In this document: in pieces, positions 40,396 through 49,464 of the stretch | Layout: every line of letters begins with the position of its first letter | Numbering within the stretch: position 1 is the stretch's first letter | Source of the DNA: Flavobacteriales bacterium | GTDB lineage: Bacteria; Bacteroidota; Bacteroidia; NS11-12g; UBA9320 | Length of the DNA stretch: 64,000 nucleotides | Reading direction: 5' to 3' | Assembly: GCA_020635435.1 (NCBI GenBank) | Contig: JACJZU010000001.1 | Location: forward strand, 720,999-784,998 | Program-made: the position numbers and the translations under genes | Notes under the pieces: generated by a model | Databases searched by the model: none | Told to the model about the DNA's origin: nothing | The model's input: the letters and a program-made list of their open reading frames with translations, nothing else

Positions 40396-41292
40396 ATGAA
40401 AAAATTATTCTTATTCGCTACGGCAGCTAGTCTTTTCCTCTTCTCATGTAAGGATGATTCAGCTGATCCAAATGGAGGAGGAACAGGTAACACAACTACC
40501 GCTCCAAAATCCTACACTCAGAACTCAGTTATTGAGTACTTCTCAGGAGCATGGTGTGGCTACTGTCCGGATGGATGGTTACGCGCCGAGTCAATTATGG
40601 AGGCTAATCCGGGTCGTGTTGAAGCCGTTGTTATTCACCGTGGAGACGGTATGGAAAATCCAAATGGTGTAACGATCGATGGTCAGTACAACAAAGCGGG
40701 TTACCCAACAGGTATGGTTAACCGTATCGGTGGAACCACTGAAAGCCGAACTGGTTGGAATGCAAAGGTTAGTCAGGTTTTGAGCAATGCCGGAAAGTGT
40801 GGTTTGGCGATCTCTACTACTAAAGAGAGCGGTACAAACTACAAAGTGAAGATCAAATTGGGTATTGGTGACAAAGATCTTCCGGATGGCAGCTATAAAC
40901 TGGTTGTTTACGGTGTGAACAAAGTTGTTACCGGTACAGGATCTGCTTTCGACCAGGTGAACTACTACTACAATGCAGCTCAGTTCCCTGGCCACCCATA
41001 CAACAACGTTGGTCGTAAGGTTACACAGTCTAACGGTGCTATCATCGGAATTATTGAAGGTTACGAGCACAAACACGTAGTTAGCTACGTATTGAGCAAT
41101 GCTCTTGGTGACCCTGTTGATTCTGATAAAGTAAAAGCAGGATCTCTGTCAGAGTACGAGTATTCCATAAACACTTTGGGTGATGACGTATTCATCATGG
41201 CTATGCTTTATGAAAACACTTTAGCAACCGGTACTTCCTTCGTACACAACGCCTCTTGGGTTGATGTTGGAAGCAGTGTTGACTTTAAATAA
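40396..41292 (+). CDS. Omp28-related outer-membrane lipoprotein (thioredoxin-like WCGYCP motif)
   Basis: 298-aa ORF with a lipoprotein signal (SLFLFSC). IEYFSGAWCGYCPDGW is typical of Bacteroidota Omp28-related proteins. Codon usage looks like that of a highly expressed gene. Confidence 0.5.
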   Translation: MKKLFLFATAASLFLFSCKDDSADPNGGGTGNTTTAPKSYTQNSVIEYFSGAWCGYCPDGWLRAESIMEANPGRVEAVVIHRGDGMENPNGVTIDGQYNKAGYPTGMVNRIGGTTESRTGWNAKVSQVLSNAGKCGLAISTTKESGTNYKVKIKLGIGDKDLPDGSYKLVVYGVNKVVTGTGSAFDQVNYYYNAAQFPGHPYNNVGRKVTQSNGAIIGIIEGYEHKHVVSYVLSNALGDPVDSDKVKAGSLSEYEYSINTLGDDVFIMAMLYENTLATGTSFVHNASWVDVGSSVDFK

Positions 41293-41312
41293 TTTAAAAA
41301 ACGATCTATACG

Positions 41313-41345
41313 AAGCTCCCCGTTTCCGCGGGGAGCTTTTTTTTT
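41313..41345 (+). terminator. rho-independent terminator downstream of the Omp28-like gene
   Basis: AAGCTCCCCG-tttccg-CGGGGAGCTT, a 10-bp perfect stem followed by T9, 21 nt after the stop codon. Confidence 0.9.
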
Positions 41346-41352
41346 GTAGGGC

Positions 41353-42381
41353 ATGCAGGATATACGAAAACTCAGTCTGGAAGAATTAAACACCTGGGTT
41401 CATTCCGTCGGAGAGCCTGGATTTAGAGCGCGACAGATCTACGATTGGCTTTGGGTGAAATGTGCCCGGAAGTTCGACGATATGACCAATCTTCCAAAGA
41501 AATTGAGGGCCCATCTGGAAGAGAGTTTTAGTCTCAAAGGACTTGAAATAAGCAAGAAACAGGTTAGCCGGGATGGTACCATCAAACTCGGTTTCGAACT
41601 GCCCGACGGGAATATGGTAGAAGGCGTGCTGATACCTGCCGGCAAGCGTATGACCGCATGTATTAGTTCTCAAGTTGGATGCAGCTTGAATTGCACGTTT
41701 TGTGCGACAGGATATCTGCCAAGGGTTCGCAATCTGGAATTTTATGAGATCTTTGATCAGGTAGCCGTGATCCGTCAACTGGCGGAAGAGGAGTATGGTC
41801 AATCCCTTTCCAATATTGTATTGATGGGAATGGGCGAACCTCTTTTGAACTACAGTAATGTTCTCAAAGCAATGGAACGGATCTCCGATCCGGGTAGCCT
41901 GGGGATGTCACCTCAGCGCATCACCCTCTCCACCGCCGGTATCGCCAAAATGATCCGGAAACTCGGGGATGATGGTGTTCGGTTTAATCTTGCACTGAGC
42001 CTGCATGCATCATCCAATGAGAAACGATCCCGGATCATGCCCATCAACGAAAGCAATACCCTCGAAGATCTGGTAGATGCACTCAACTATTTCTACGAGA
42101 GGACTCACTCCCGGATCACTCTGGAATATTGTGTAATTGAAGGTGTAAATGATAGCGATGAAGACATCAGGGAACTCACCCAATTCGCCCGAAAGATCAC
42201 TTGTAAGATCAATTTGATTGAGTACAATCCGATCGATATGGCGACCTTCAGATCCTCCAAAGCAATTGAAGACTTCGGTGCAAAGCTTGAAAAGAACAGG
42301 TTGATCGTGAACATCCGCAGGAGCCGTGGCAAGGACATAGATGCCGCATGCGGACAATTAGCCAACAAAAATGCAAATTGA
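41353..42381 (+). CDS. rlmN: 23S rRNA/tRNA adenine-C2 methyltransferase RlmN (radical SAM)
   Basis: 342-aa ORF. N-terminal RARQIYDWLW, radical-SAM CxxxCxxC (GCSLNCTFCATG), MGMGEPL and C-terminal DIDAACGQL. Confidence 0.92.
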   Translation: MQDIRKLSLEELNTWVHSVGEPGFRARQIYDWLWVKCARKFDDMTNLPKKLRAHLEESFSLKGLEISKKQVSRDGTIKLGFELPDGNMVEGVLIPAGKRMTACISSQVGCSLNCTFCATGYLPRVRNLEFYEIFDQVAVIRQLAEEEYGQSLSNIVLMGMGEPLLNYSNVLKAMERISDPGSLGMSPQRITLSTAGIAKMIRKLGDDGVRFNLALSLHASSNEKRSRIMPINESNTLEDLVDALNYFYERTHSRITLEYCVIEGVNDSDEDIRELTQFARKITCKINLIEYNPIDMATFRSSKAIEDFGAKLEKNRLIVNIRRSRGKDIDAACGQLANKNAN

Positions 42382-42384
42382 GTT

Positions 42385-42888
42385 CTATCTCAAATCCAAC
42401 TTGCTTAAGTATGCTCCGGCAGCATCCGGTTCGGAAGTTCCCAGGAGTACATGCGTCCCATTTTTCAATAGAACTCGAATACCATATCGACCGCTAATGG
42501 TGTAGGCTTTGCCTTTGTTCTTCAAACTATAGCGGTATCCCCAGCCCCCGTATTCCGAAATGGGTTTGTACTTAACCACCTCGATCTGCTGAATGTCACC
42601 ACTTGGGATCAAATGTTCTCTGGTGATGAAAGGCCAATAGGTCAATTTAACACCAAAAGAACCGATCTCATATCGGAGTCGAATTCGAAGAAGTGCGAAG
42701 GAGAATCCTATGAATAATAGAGCGATCACAACCAATACCGCATCGGGAACAGGATTATTTCCCAAAGGTATTTTCAATCCGATCTGTCTGTAGACACCAT
42801 ATAATAGAATGGCTATGACAAGGAGCATAGGCCAAAGCAACCAGGGCTGTCGATAGGCAACTTGTTCTTCCCTGTAAGTGGCATTCAT
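42385..42888 (-). CDS. two-TM membrane protein with a C-terminal beta-rich (bacterial PH-like?) domain
   Basis: ORF trimmed to ATG 42888, which forms an ATGA overlap with the stop of the upstream gene. TM helices WLLWPMLLVIAILLYGVY and AVLVVIALLFIGFSFALL. The domain call is tentative. Confidence 0.45.
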   Translation of the reverse strand: MNATYREEQVAYRQPWLLWPMLLVIAILLYGVYRQIGLKIPLGNNPVPDAVLVVIALLFIGFSFALLRIRLRYEIGSFGVKLTYWPFITREHLIPSGDIQQIEVVKYKPISEYGGWGYRYSLKNKGKAYTISGRYGIRVLLKNGTHVLLGTSEPDAAGAYLSKLDLR

Positions 42889-44531
42889 GGTTCCACTAAG
42901 ATAGGCTTCATTTGGCTTTCTTTCATCTTTTTCAGCTGGAGTTTTTTCCATTGGGCATATTCGCTGATCAGTGCATTGTAGAGCATTTCACCTACAAACT
43001 GAGCTCCACGATGGCTGAAGTGCGTAAAATCCTTTGCTGCCAGGGGCGGATCATTTTCCACCCATGCAACCATTGAATTCTCTCCACCCATGGATTCATA
43101 AAGATCCCAGAAAGCGCAATCATTCTTGTAGGCCGCATTCTTCATCGCATCACGGATCAGAGGTATGTTCGGATACGACACATATGTACCCCCTTGTTTC
43201 CGACTCATGTCGCTGGGCCCGATCACGAGTATAGACATATCCGGCGCTGCTTTGCGGATGGCTTTGAGTTGAGCATCGAACATGCGCTCATAAAAGTCGT
43301 AATTCTTGCGGGGACTAGGCACTACATTTATCCCGTATTGCATGACGATCAACCGGGTATTTGTAAGTTTAAGGATCCTGGAGTACATGTTTTGATCGAT
43401 CATTTCAAAACCGAGCCCACTACTTCCACGCATCGGGAAATTGTCTACCGCTATACCACTGTCTCCATCGAGCAGAACGCCATATACGATAGGACTCTCC
43501 TCCGCCTTGAAGTTGAGGGTCAAGGATCTGCGGATCGTTCCGGTATGAAGTTCTGCCTTACCTAATGGCATGGCCGCTGGTACGGTGAGTTGCTTTTTCA
43601 TACTATCTGCTGAAACAGCAAGTCCAAATGGCTTCTCGGAGCCATAAAGCAAGGTTGCACGGCTGTAAGTTCGCACCCTTGGATAAGAGCGCGTTGCATT
43701 TCGAAAGCGCAAATAGGTCTGTTGAACCGTTCGCTCCTCATAGATCGGCACATAACTCGTATCCCAAACGAAAATGCCTGAATCCTGAACAATTGGTTGT
43801 TTGGCACTATCCCCTTTCCTATTCAAGGAGTCCGCCCAGGGGTAAACCTTTTGAATAACAGTATCTTCTGCGATCTTCACTGCAAACTTGCCATCGAAGG
43901 TGTAGGAGGAGGCCCCAATCCCATATAGTCCGTTCTTGAGTCGCCGGTTGTCCCCATAAACCGCATGCTTTTTCCAGTCGGGGCTCTCCGATTGGCGAAT
44001 AGACACCCTGGAATTCGAAATATCGATAGGAAGTATGATCCCCGGACCATTCCCACCAAAACGGAGTTGGAGTTTGTTTCTAAGATAGTCACTGATACGG
44101 TCTCCTTCCAGTTGGGAATCACCATAGTGGAGTATACGTATGAGTTCTGAACCTTGCTCCAGCTCGAGCAGTGCTTTGAAGAAACGCTCCAGCGCTTTGA
44201 AACGCTTGTTCGCTTCAAATTGAATCCGTTTTGAGGGTTCCGGAATCGGGATCAGTGTATCTGCCATGAGCACGGCAGCGAAGGATGAGGTATCTATTGG
44301 ATTTATATACTGCAATACCGAGTCCACATTCACAACCTTGAGTTCCTTTTTATGAAACAGGTCATGGAGGGTAACAAAACGAAGATTGATTGATTCCGTG
44401 ATCGAATACTCACTCTTTCCAAACAAAAGCACAATGAAAAACAGAAAAACATTCAGATAAAGCAGAGCCAAAAGAACCTTTCCGGGTTTCACGCTGTGCT
44501 CACTGTCTCTTTGTTCGGATTCTGTCTCCAA
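42885..44531 (-). CDS. membrane-anchored SGNH/GDSL-like hydrolase (two SGNH-like halves)
   Basis: 548-aa ORF with an N-terminal TM (VLLALLYLNVFLFFIVLLF). Block I ILHYGDSQLEGD and block V-like AKDFTHFSHRGA. Confidence 0.5.
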   Translation of the reverse strand: METESEQRDSEHSVKPGKVLLALLYLNVFLFFIVLLFGKSEYSITESINLRFVTLHDLFHKKELKVVNVDSVLQYINPIDTSSFAAVLMADTLIPIPEPSKRIQFEANKRFKALERFFKALLELEQGSELIRILHYGDSQLEGDRISDYLRNKLQLRFGGNGPGIILPIDISNSRVSIRQSESPDWKKHAVYGDNRRLKNGLYGIGASSYTFDGKFAVKIAEDTVIQKVYPWADSLNRKGDSAKQPIVQDSGIFVWDTSYVPIYEERTVQQTYLRFRNATRSYPRVRTYSRATLLYGSEKPFGLAVSADSMKKQLTVPAAMPLGKAELHTGTIRRSLTLNFKAEESPIVYGVLLDGDSGIAVDNFPMRGSSGLGFEMIDQNMYSRILKLTNTRLIVMQYGINVVPSPRKNYDFYERMFDAQLKAIRKAAPDMSILVIGPSDMSRKQGGTYVSYPNIPLIRDAMKNAAYKNDCAFWDLYESMGGENSMVAWVENDPPLAAKDFTHFSHRGAQFVGEMLYNALISEYAQWKKLQLKKMKESQMKPILVEP

Positions 44532-44556
44532 TTGAAGAAAAGGCCGGGAGGTGGAT

Positions 44557-45789
44557 TTAATCTTTATTGATGATCTGCTTTTTCTGAGCAGCCGTCATAG
44601 AGTTGATACTGTTGTAGTAGCTGTATTTAGAGGCAGGAACATAGACCTTCAGTTTCTGTCCTGCATTGATACGGTCGCTACGCAAGTTGTTCCAGCGCTT
44701 CATATCTGATAGACCGACATCATACAAATCGGCGATCTTTCCGAGGAAATCACCCGAGCGCACCGTATAGTAAACTAGCTTTTCGCCGCTGGCATTGTCA
44801 TCGCTGCCCGACCCCGGATTGCCCGATCCGGATCTGTTAGCGGGTTCAACAACCCTTGGTTCCGGAACAATAGGTTTGGCCGGAACAACAATACCCTCTT
44901 CGATCTCCTGCTTTGGATACGTATAAATGGAGTCTCCGAGGTCTTTGAATCGCTGCAACTTGTTTTTGGGTATATGGACCGGATAGGCCACCGTAGTGAA
45001 GGGGATCACCTGTTTCTTGAACAATGGATTCAGTTCCTTCAGCTGTTCGTAATCCGTTTCCAACGCCCGGCTCAACTGATATACGGTTGACCATTGCTTT
45101 ACATTTACAACCACCTGATCAACAGGGTCATAACGTTTTACCGGAATTTTATGTGCCTCATGATAGAAGTGCATATAGGCCATGGCCACGAAATGAGGCA
45201 TAGCCTTTTGATGCCTTAACGGTAGGTACTCGTGTAAACTCCAGTATTCCTGCTTGCCCTCTGCTTTTCGGATTGCCTTATTCACCTCAACCTCATCCGA
45301 GTAGAATGCGGCTATCGCTAGTTCCCAGCTCGGGAACGACTTCTTCAGATCGCACAGATAGCGGGCTGCGGCACCGGTAGCCTTCAGGAAATCGCGACGT
45401 TCGTCTACATACGAATTCACTTTTAATCCATATCTCCTGGCTATGATGTACCTCATTTGCCAAAATCCCGACCCTCCATCGTCTGAAACAAGCCAATTAT
45501 CGTATCCCGAAAGTGCAGGGGCCAAAAATTTGAGATCAGTGGGGAGTCCGTATTTCTTCAAAGTATCTTCGATCACTTCGAGGTAGTAACCGCTTTTCCC
45601 AAGTATCTCGGAGATCCGGCCTTCGTGAGCAATGTAGTCGTCGATCACTGCTTTCACAGGCTCGTTGTAGGTGAGTTTTATCCGGCTTCCGATATTGTCC
45701 AGGCGATTTTGGTACAACTCCGGTTGCCCTGTTACGGATTGAGCACACAGGAAAATTGATAGTAATACCGTTAGTGTTCTTCCGATCAT
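44557..45789 (-). CDS. lytic transglycosylase (SLT domain) with C-terminal LysM, MltD-like
   Basis: 410-aa ORF with a signal peptide. SLT core (GGSGFWQMRYIIARRYGL) and LysM (YYTVRSGDFLGKIADLYDVGLSDMKRWNNL..GQKLKV). ATGA overlap with the gatA stop at 45786..45789. Confidence 0.7.
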   Translation of the reverse strand: MIGRTLTVLLSIFLCAQSVTGQPELYQNRLDNIGSRIKLTYNEPVKAVIDDYIAHEGRISEILGKSGYYLEVIEDTLKKYGLPTDLKFLAPALSGYDNWLVSDDGGSGFWQMRYIIARRYGLKVNSYVDERRDFLKATGAAARYLCDLKKSFPSWELAIAAFYSDEVEVNKAIRKAEGKQEYWSLHEYLPLRHQKAMPHFVAMAYMHFYHEAHKIPVKRYDPVDQVVVNVKQWSTVYQLSRALETDYEQLKELNPLFKKQVIPFTTVAYPVHIPKNKLQRFKDLGDSIYTYPKQEIEEGIVVPAKPIVPEPRVVEPANRSGSGNPGSGSDDNASGEKLVYYTVRSGDFLGKIADLYDVGLSDMKRWNNLRSDRINAGQKLKVYVPASKYSYYNSINSMTAAQKKQIINKD

Positions 45790-47216
45790 TCGTTCTGACT
45801 TAAATTGTATAGGTAACGTGAAAAAGCCAATAAAGGTGCTTCTTCATACGCTTTCGCCATCAATTGTAAACCGAAAGGCATGCCGTTGCTATGCGTTCCC
45901 GTAGGAATGGATATTGCCGGAATACCTGCCAAGGGTGCCTGAACCGTAAAAATATCAGCCAGGTACATAGCTATCGGATCGCTCGATTTTTCGCCCAACT
46001 TAAACGCCGGTCCCGGGGTTGTAGGCAATAAAATAAAGTCGTGTTCTTCAAGTAAGGCGTTCGTTCGCTGTTGGATCACACGTCGAACTTTCTGCGCTTT
46101 GGTATAATACGCATCGTAATGATCCGAACTTAACACAAAGGTTCCGGTCATGATTCGTCGCTGTACTTCAGGACCAAAGCCTTCTGAGCGCGAAAGTTTG
46201 AATGTACTCTCGAGATCCGAGGCTTTGTCGCTTCTATGCCCAAAAAGAAGTCCCGAATATCTTGCAAGGTTCGATGAGGCTTCTGCCGTAGTAAGCACAT
46301 AGTAGCACGGAACCATATAATCGAGGAAAGGGAACTTAACGGGCTCAACTGAATGTCCGGCATCTTGCAGTTTGCGGATCATTTCAAGCGTGTGCTCGCG
46401 CACCTCCGGATCGATCCCGGGTGAACTCAGGCAATCTTCAATATACCCGATCCTTTTTTTACCGTCAGATTGAAGCAAATCCGTATAAGGGGGTACCGGT
46501 TTTTCGGAAACGGTGGCATCCATTTCATCATCCCCTGAGATCACCTCGAGTATCAAGGCCATATCCTCTACGGAACTTGTTATCGGTCCGATCTGATCAA
46601 AGGAAGACGCGTAGGCCAAAAGCCCGTACCGTGAAACCCGGCCATAGGTTGGTTTAATTCCGAAAGTGCCGGTAAACGAGGCAGGTTGCCGTACTGAACC
46701 ACCGGTGTCGGAACCAAGTGCAGCCCTGCAGAGACCTGCTTGAACCGCCACCGCGGATCCCCCGGAAGAGCCCCCCGGAACGCGTGTTGGGTCGGCATCG
46801 TTCAGAACAGGTCCAAAGGCACTGTTCTCGTTGGAAGCTCCCATGGCAAATTCATCACAATTCAATCGGCCGATCACAATCGCATCCTCGGCAAGAAGAC
46901 GCTCTGTAACCGTAGCATTGAAAAGACTCTCAAAGCCTTCCAGTATTTTCGAAGATGCCGAGACCCGATGACCTTTGTAACAGATATTATCCTTTAAGCC
47001 AATAACCATTCCGGCCAACTTGCCGGCACTTCCATTTCGGATCTTTACAGTGATCTTATCTGCACGGTCTAGTGCTTCTGTTCCAAAAACCTCCAGAAAG
47101 GCGTTCAGGTGATCCTTCTCTTCGATGCGTCGCAGGTAAGTTGAGACCACATTGCGCAGGTCGGTTCGCCCGCTTCGTATATCCTCCTGCAGATCCTTCA
47201 GCGTGGGATTTTCCAA
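45786..47216 (-). CDS. gatA: Asp-tRNA(Asn)/Glu-tRNA(Gln) amidotransferase subunit A
   Basis: 476-aa ORF. Amidase signature (GGSSGGSAVAV; GSDTGGSVRQPA) and a GatA-like N-terminus. Confidence 0.88.
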   Translation of the reverse strand: MENPTLKDLQEDIRSGRTDLRNVVSTYLRRIEEKDHLNAFLEVFGTEALDRADKITVKIRNGSAGKLAGMVIGLKDNICYKGHRVSASSKILEGFESLFNATVTERLLAEDAIVIGRLNCDEFAMGASNENSAFGPVLNDADPTRVPGGSSGGSAVAVQAGLCRAALGSDTGGSVRQPASFTGTFGIKPTYGRVSRYGLLAYASSFDQIGPITSSVEDMALILEVISGDDEMDATVSEKPVPPYTDLLQSDGKKRIGYIEDCLSSPGIDPEVREHTLEMIRKLQDAGHSVEPVKFPFLDYMVPCYYVLTTAEASSNLARYSGLLFGHRSDKASDLESTFKLSRSEGFGPEVQRRIMTGTFVLSSDHYDAYYTKAQKVRRVIQQRTNALLEEHDFILLPTTPGPAFKLGEKSSDPIAMYLADIFTVQAPLAGIPAISIPTGTHSNGMPFGLQLMAKAYEEAPLLAFSRYLYNLSQNE

Positions 47217-47217
47217 T

Positions 47218-47433
47218 TTACGATTTGTCGCTGTTGTTCTTAGTTTCGTCTTTCATGCCATCCTCAATGTGTTTCTTCACATCATTCTTGGCATTGTTGA
47301 ATTCACGGATACCCTGACCAATGCCACGCATTAGCTCAGGGATCTTTCGTCCACCAAAAAGAAGGACAATGGCGAGTACAATTATGACCCACTCCTGTAC
47401 TCCCAAAAACAGCAAAATTGCTAAAGTGCTCAT
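47218..47433 (-). CDS. tatA: twin-arginine translocase subunit TatA/E
   Basis: ORF 47218..47529 trimmed to ATG 47433 (MSTLAILLFLGVQEWVIIVLAIVLLFGGRKIPELMRGIGQGIREFNNAK, 71 aa). Canonical TatA TM helix plus amphipathic helix. Confidence 0.85.
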   Translation of the reverse strand: MSTLAILLFLGVQEWVIIVLAIVLLFGGRKIPELMRGIGQGIREFNNAKNDVKKHIEDGMKDETKNNSDKS

Positions 47434-47451
47434 AAGGTCTGTGTTACTCTG

Positions 47452-47459
47452 CAAAAGTA
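47452..47459 (-). promoter_or_regulatory. candidate -7 promoter box TACTTTTG for tatA and the following genes
   Basis: Minus-strand TAnnTTTG match, 18 nt upstream of the tatA ATG. No clear -33 element. Confidence 0.35.
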
Positions 47460-47540
47460 GTGGAATTCCCGCTTCTTCCTGAGCATGACGCCACGGAGTA
47501 TCCCTTATTCTGTAAATTGCAGGGCACAAATTCGAATAAC

Positions 47541-48062
47541 ATGATTCAAAGACCTTTCAATTTACAGGAGTGGATCGACGCACACCGGGAAGAGCTGAAA
47601 CCACCGGTGGGTAATCGCAACCTTTACCGCGATGCAGGAGATTATATCGTTATGATCGTGGCTGGTCCCAACGCCCGAAAAGACTATCACTACAACGAAA
47701 CAGAAGAACTCTTCTATCAATTGGAGGGCGATATCAACGTGCGAATTCAGGAAGATGGCAAAGCGGTCGACATACCCATTCGTGCCGGTGAAATGTTCCT
47801 GTTGCCTGCCCGTGTTCCGCACAGTCCAATGAGAAGTGCCGGCAGCATAGGTTTGGTTGTAGAGTTGAAACGCGAGAATACCCGTGATGGACTCCTTTGG
47901 TTTTGCGAAAAGTGCAATACCAAACTACACGAGTATTACTTTCCACTCTCCGATATCGAAAAGGATTTCCTTCCAAGATTCAGAGAATTTTATGGTTCAG
48001 ATGAATTGCGAACTTGCTCCAATTGCGGACATGTAATGGAAGCCGACGAACGGTTCGTATAA
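47541..48062 (+). CDS. nbaC: 3-hydroxyanthranilate 3,4-dioxygenase
   Basis: ORF trimmed to ATG 47541 (173 aa). Cupin core (DYHYNETEELFYQLEG; ARVPHSPMR) and a C-terminal rubredoxin-like CEKC...CSNC site, as in bacterial and eukaryotic HAO. Confidence 0.75.
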   Translation: MIQRPFNLQEWIDAHREELKPPVGNRNLYRDAGDYIVMIVAGPNARKDYHYNETEELFYQLEGDINVRIQEDGKAVDIPIRAGEMFLLPARVPHSPMRSAGSIGLVVELKRENTRDGLLWFCEKCNTKLHEYYFPLSDIEKDFLPRFREFYGSDELRTCSNCGHVMEADERFV

Positions 48063-48082
48063 AACATATCTGTTCTTTCCAT

Positions 48083-48110
48083 AAAAAATGCGACCCGGTA
48101 GGATCGCATT
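48083..48110 (-). terminator. hairpin terminator downstream of tRNA-Val (minus strand), placed between convergent genes
   Basis: AATGCGA-CC-ggta-GG-TCGCATT (7 bp, one mismatch, then 2 bp, with a tetraloop). On the minus strand it is followed by TTTTAT. It starts 14 nt after the tRNA 3' end. There is no T-run on the plus strand. Confidence 0.5.
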
Positions 48111-48124
48111 CTATCAGAGTGAAG

Positions 48125-48199
48125 TGGGCAATGACGGATTCGAACCGCCGACCCCAGCCCTGTCAAGGCTGTGCTCTAAACCAACTGAGCTAATTGCCC
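48125..48199 (-). tRNA. tRNA-Val (anticodon GAC)
   Basis: Reverse complement: GGGCAAT TA GCTC AGTTGGTTT AGAGC A CAGCC TTGACAG GGCTG GGGTC GGCGG TTCGAAT CCGTC ATTGCCC A. All four stems pair. The T-loop is TTCGAAT, with U33 and A37 flanking GAC. 75 nt, and CCA is not encoded. Confidence 0.93.
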
Positions 48200-48209
48200 G
48201 GACCGGTGG

Positions 48210-48217
48210 CAAATGTA
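48210..48217 (-). promoter_or_regulatory. candidate -7 promoter box TACATTTG for tRNA-Val
   Basis: Minus-strand TAnnTTTG match, ending 10 nt upstream of the mature tRNA 5' end. Confidence 0.4.
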
Positions 48218-48291
48218 CATATTTGAAAAATTATGCGGTTTCAAATCTTTCTGCCTTTTAGTGTGTTTTCGACATAGAAAATCGGAGAATC

Positions 48292-49431
48292 ATGAATAAA
48301 TACCAGCGACTCACAGGGGCTCTGCTCACCCTTTTTCTCTGCTTCAGCCTGCCCGGTTGTAAGGACGATCCGGAAGGCGAAGCCGTGATACCTGCCCCGG
48401 TTATTGTTCCGGTTGATCTCAAATTGGACACCCTCCAAACCGGCCTCAGCCGTCCATGGTCCCTCGAATTTGTAGGCCACGACAGTATTTTGCTAACAGA
48501 TCTCTCGGGCAAACTCACACTTTGGAACAATGGATCACTCACTGAAATTTCAAATGTTCCGTCGTTCGTGAACCTTGGTCAGGGCGGTCTTCTCGACGTA
48601 CGCAGGCATCCCAACTTCTCTCAAAACAAACTGATCTACTTCTGCGGAAGTACGGGTACGTCCTCGGCCTTCAGCACAACACTGTTCCGAGCCCGCTTCG
48701 ATGGAAATGCATTGACCAACGTAGAACAATTATTTCAGGCAACCCCCATGAATAGTTCCGGAGCTCATTTCGGAAGTCGGATCGCCTTTGATGACGCCGG
48801 ACATGTGTTCCTGAGTTTGGGCGAACGGAACAGTATCCAAACCGCTCAACAGCGATCCAATCACAATGGCTGTGTGGTGCGTCTTAACGACGATGGGAGC
48901 ATACCTTCCGACAATCCATTCGTTTCCGAACCGGGCGCCATGCCCGAGATCTGGACATACGGCCATCGGAATGTTCAGGGAATGGCTGTAGAACCTTCCT
49001 CCGGGGCCATCTGGACCCACGAGCACGGACCGAAGGGCGGCGACGAGATCAATATCCTGGAAAAGGGCGCAAACTATGGTTGGCCTTTAGCGAGCTTCGG
49101 CGTGAATTACAATGGTTCAGAGATCACAAAGGACACTTTCGTCGAGGGTACGGTTCTTCCGATCCATTACTGGGTTCCATCAATTGCACCCTGCGGAATG
49201 GACTTTTATACTTCCGACAGTATTCCTCAATGGAAAGGCGATCTGTTCATCGGTGCTCTTGCCGGTCAACACCTGAACCGACTTTCTTTCTCAGGAAACA
49301 GTGTGGTGAACGAAGAGCGCTTACTTCAAGGTTTCGGGCGATTTAGGGCAGTTCGTCAGGGACCGGATGGCTACCTGTACTTCCTCACCGAACAGCCGGG
49401 CATGTTGTTGCGATTTCGCCCATCCAATTGA
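48292..49431 (+). CDS. PQQ-dependent sugar dehydrogenase (soluble aldose/sorbosone dehydrogenase, YliI-like) lipoprotein
   Basis: 379-aa ORF with a lipoprotein signal (LCFSLPGC). Beta-propeller motifs GQGGLLDV, TYGHRNVQGMA, HGPKGGDEIN and ANYGWP. Confidence 0.75.
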   Translation: MNKYQRLTGALLTLFLCFSLPGCKDDPEGEAVIPAPVIVPVDLKLDTLQTGLSRPWSLEFVGHDSILLTDLSGKLTLWNNGSLTEISNVPSFVNLGQGGLLDVRRHPNFSQNKLIYFCGSTGTSSAFSTTLFRARFDGNALTNVEQLFQATPMNSSGAHFGSRIAFDDAGHVFLSLGERNSIQTAQQRSNHNGCVVRLNDDGSIPSDNPFVSEPGAMPEIWTYGHRNVQGMAVEPSSGAIWTHEHGPKGGDEINILEKGANYGWPLASFGVNYNGSEITKDTFVEGTVLPIHYWVPSIAPCGMDFYTSDSIPQWKGDLFIGALAGQHLNRLSFSGNSVVNEERLLQGFGRFRAVRQGPDGYLYFLTEQPGMLLRFRPSN

Positions 49432-49464
49432 CCGATCGCTGTTAACCTGATTTAATACTCCGCG

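Noticed and set aside
47434-47540. Long N-terminal extensions of tatA (to 47529) and of the dioxygenase (from 47460) that would make the two divergent genes overlap
   Set aside because: Internal ATGs (47433 and 47541) give canonical family N-termini (MSTLAILLF.. for TatA; MIQRPFNLQEWI.. for HAO). They also leave a 107-bp promoter region containing a TAnnTTTG box.
48063-48291. tRNA-Val locus as a possible integration hotspot or island boundary
   Set aside because: There is no integrase, no direct repeat of the tRNA 3' end and no compositional break. The flanking genes are ordinary metabolic genes.
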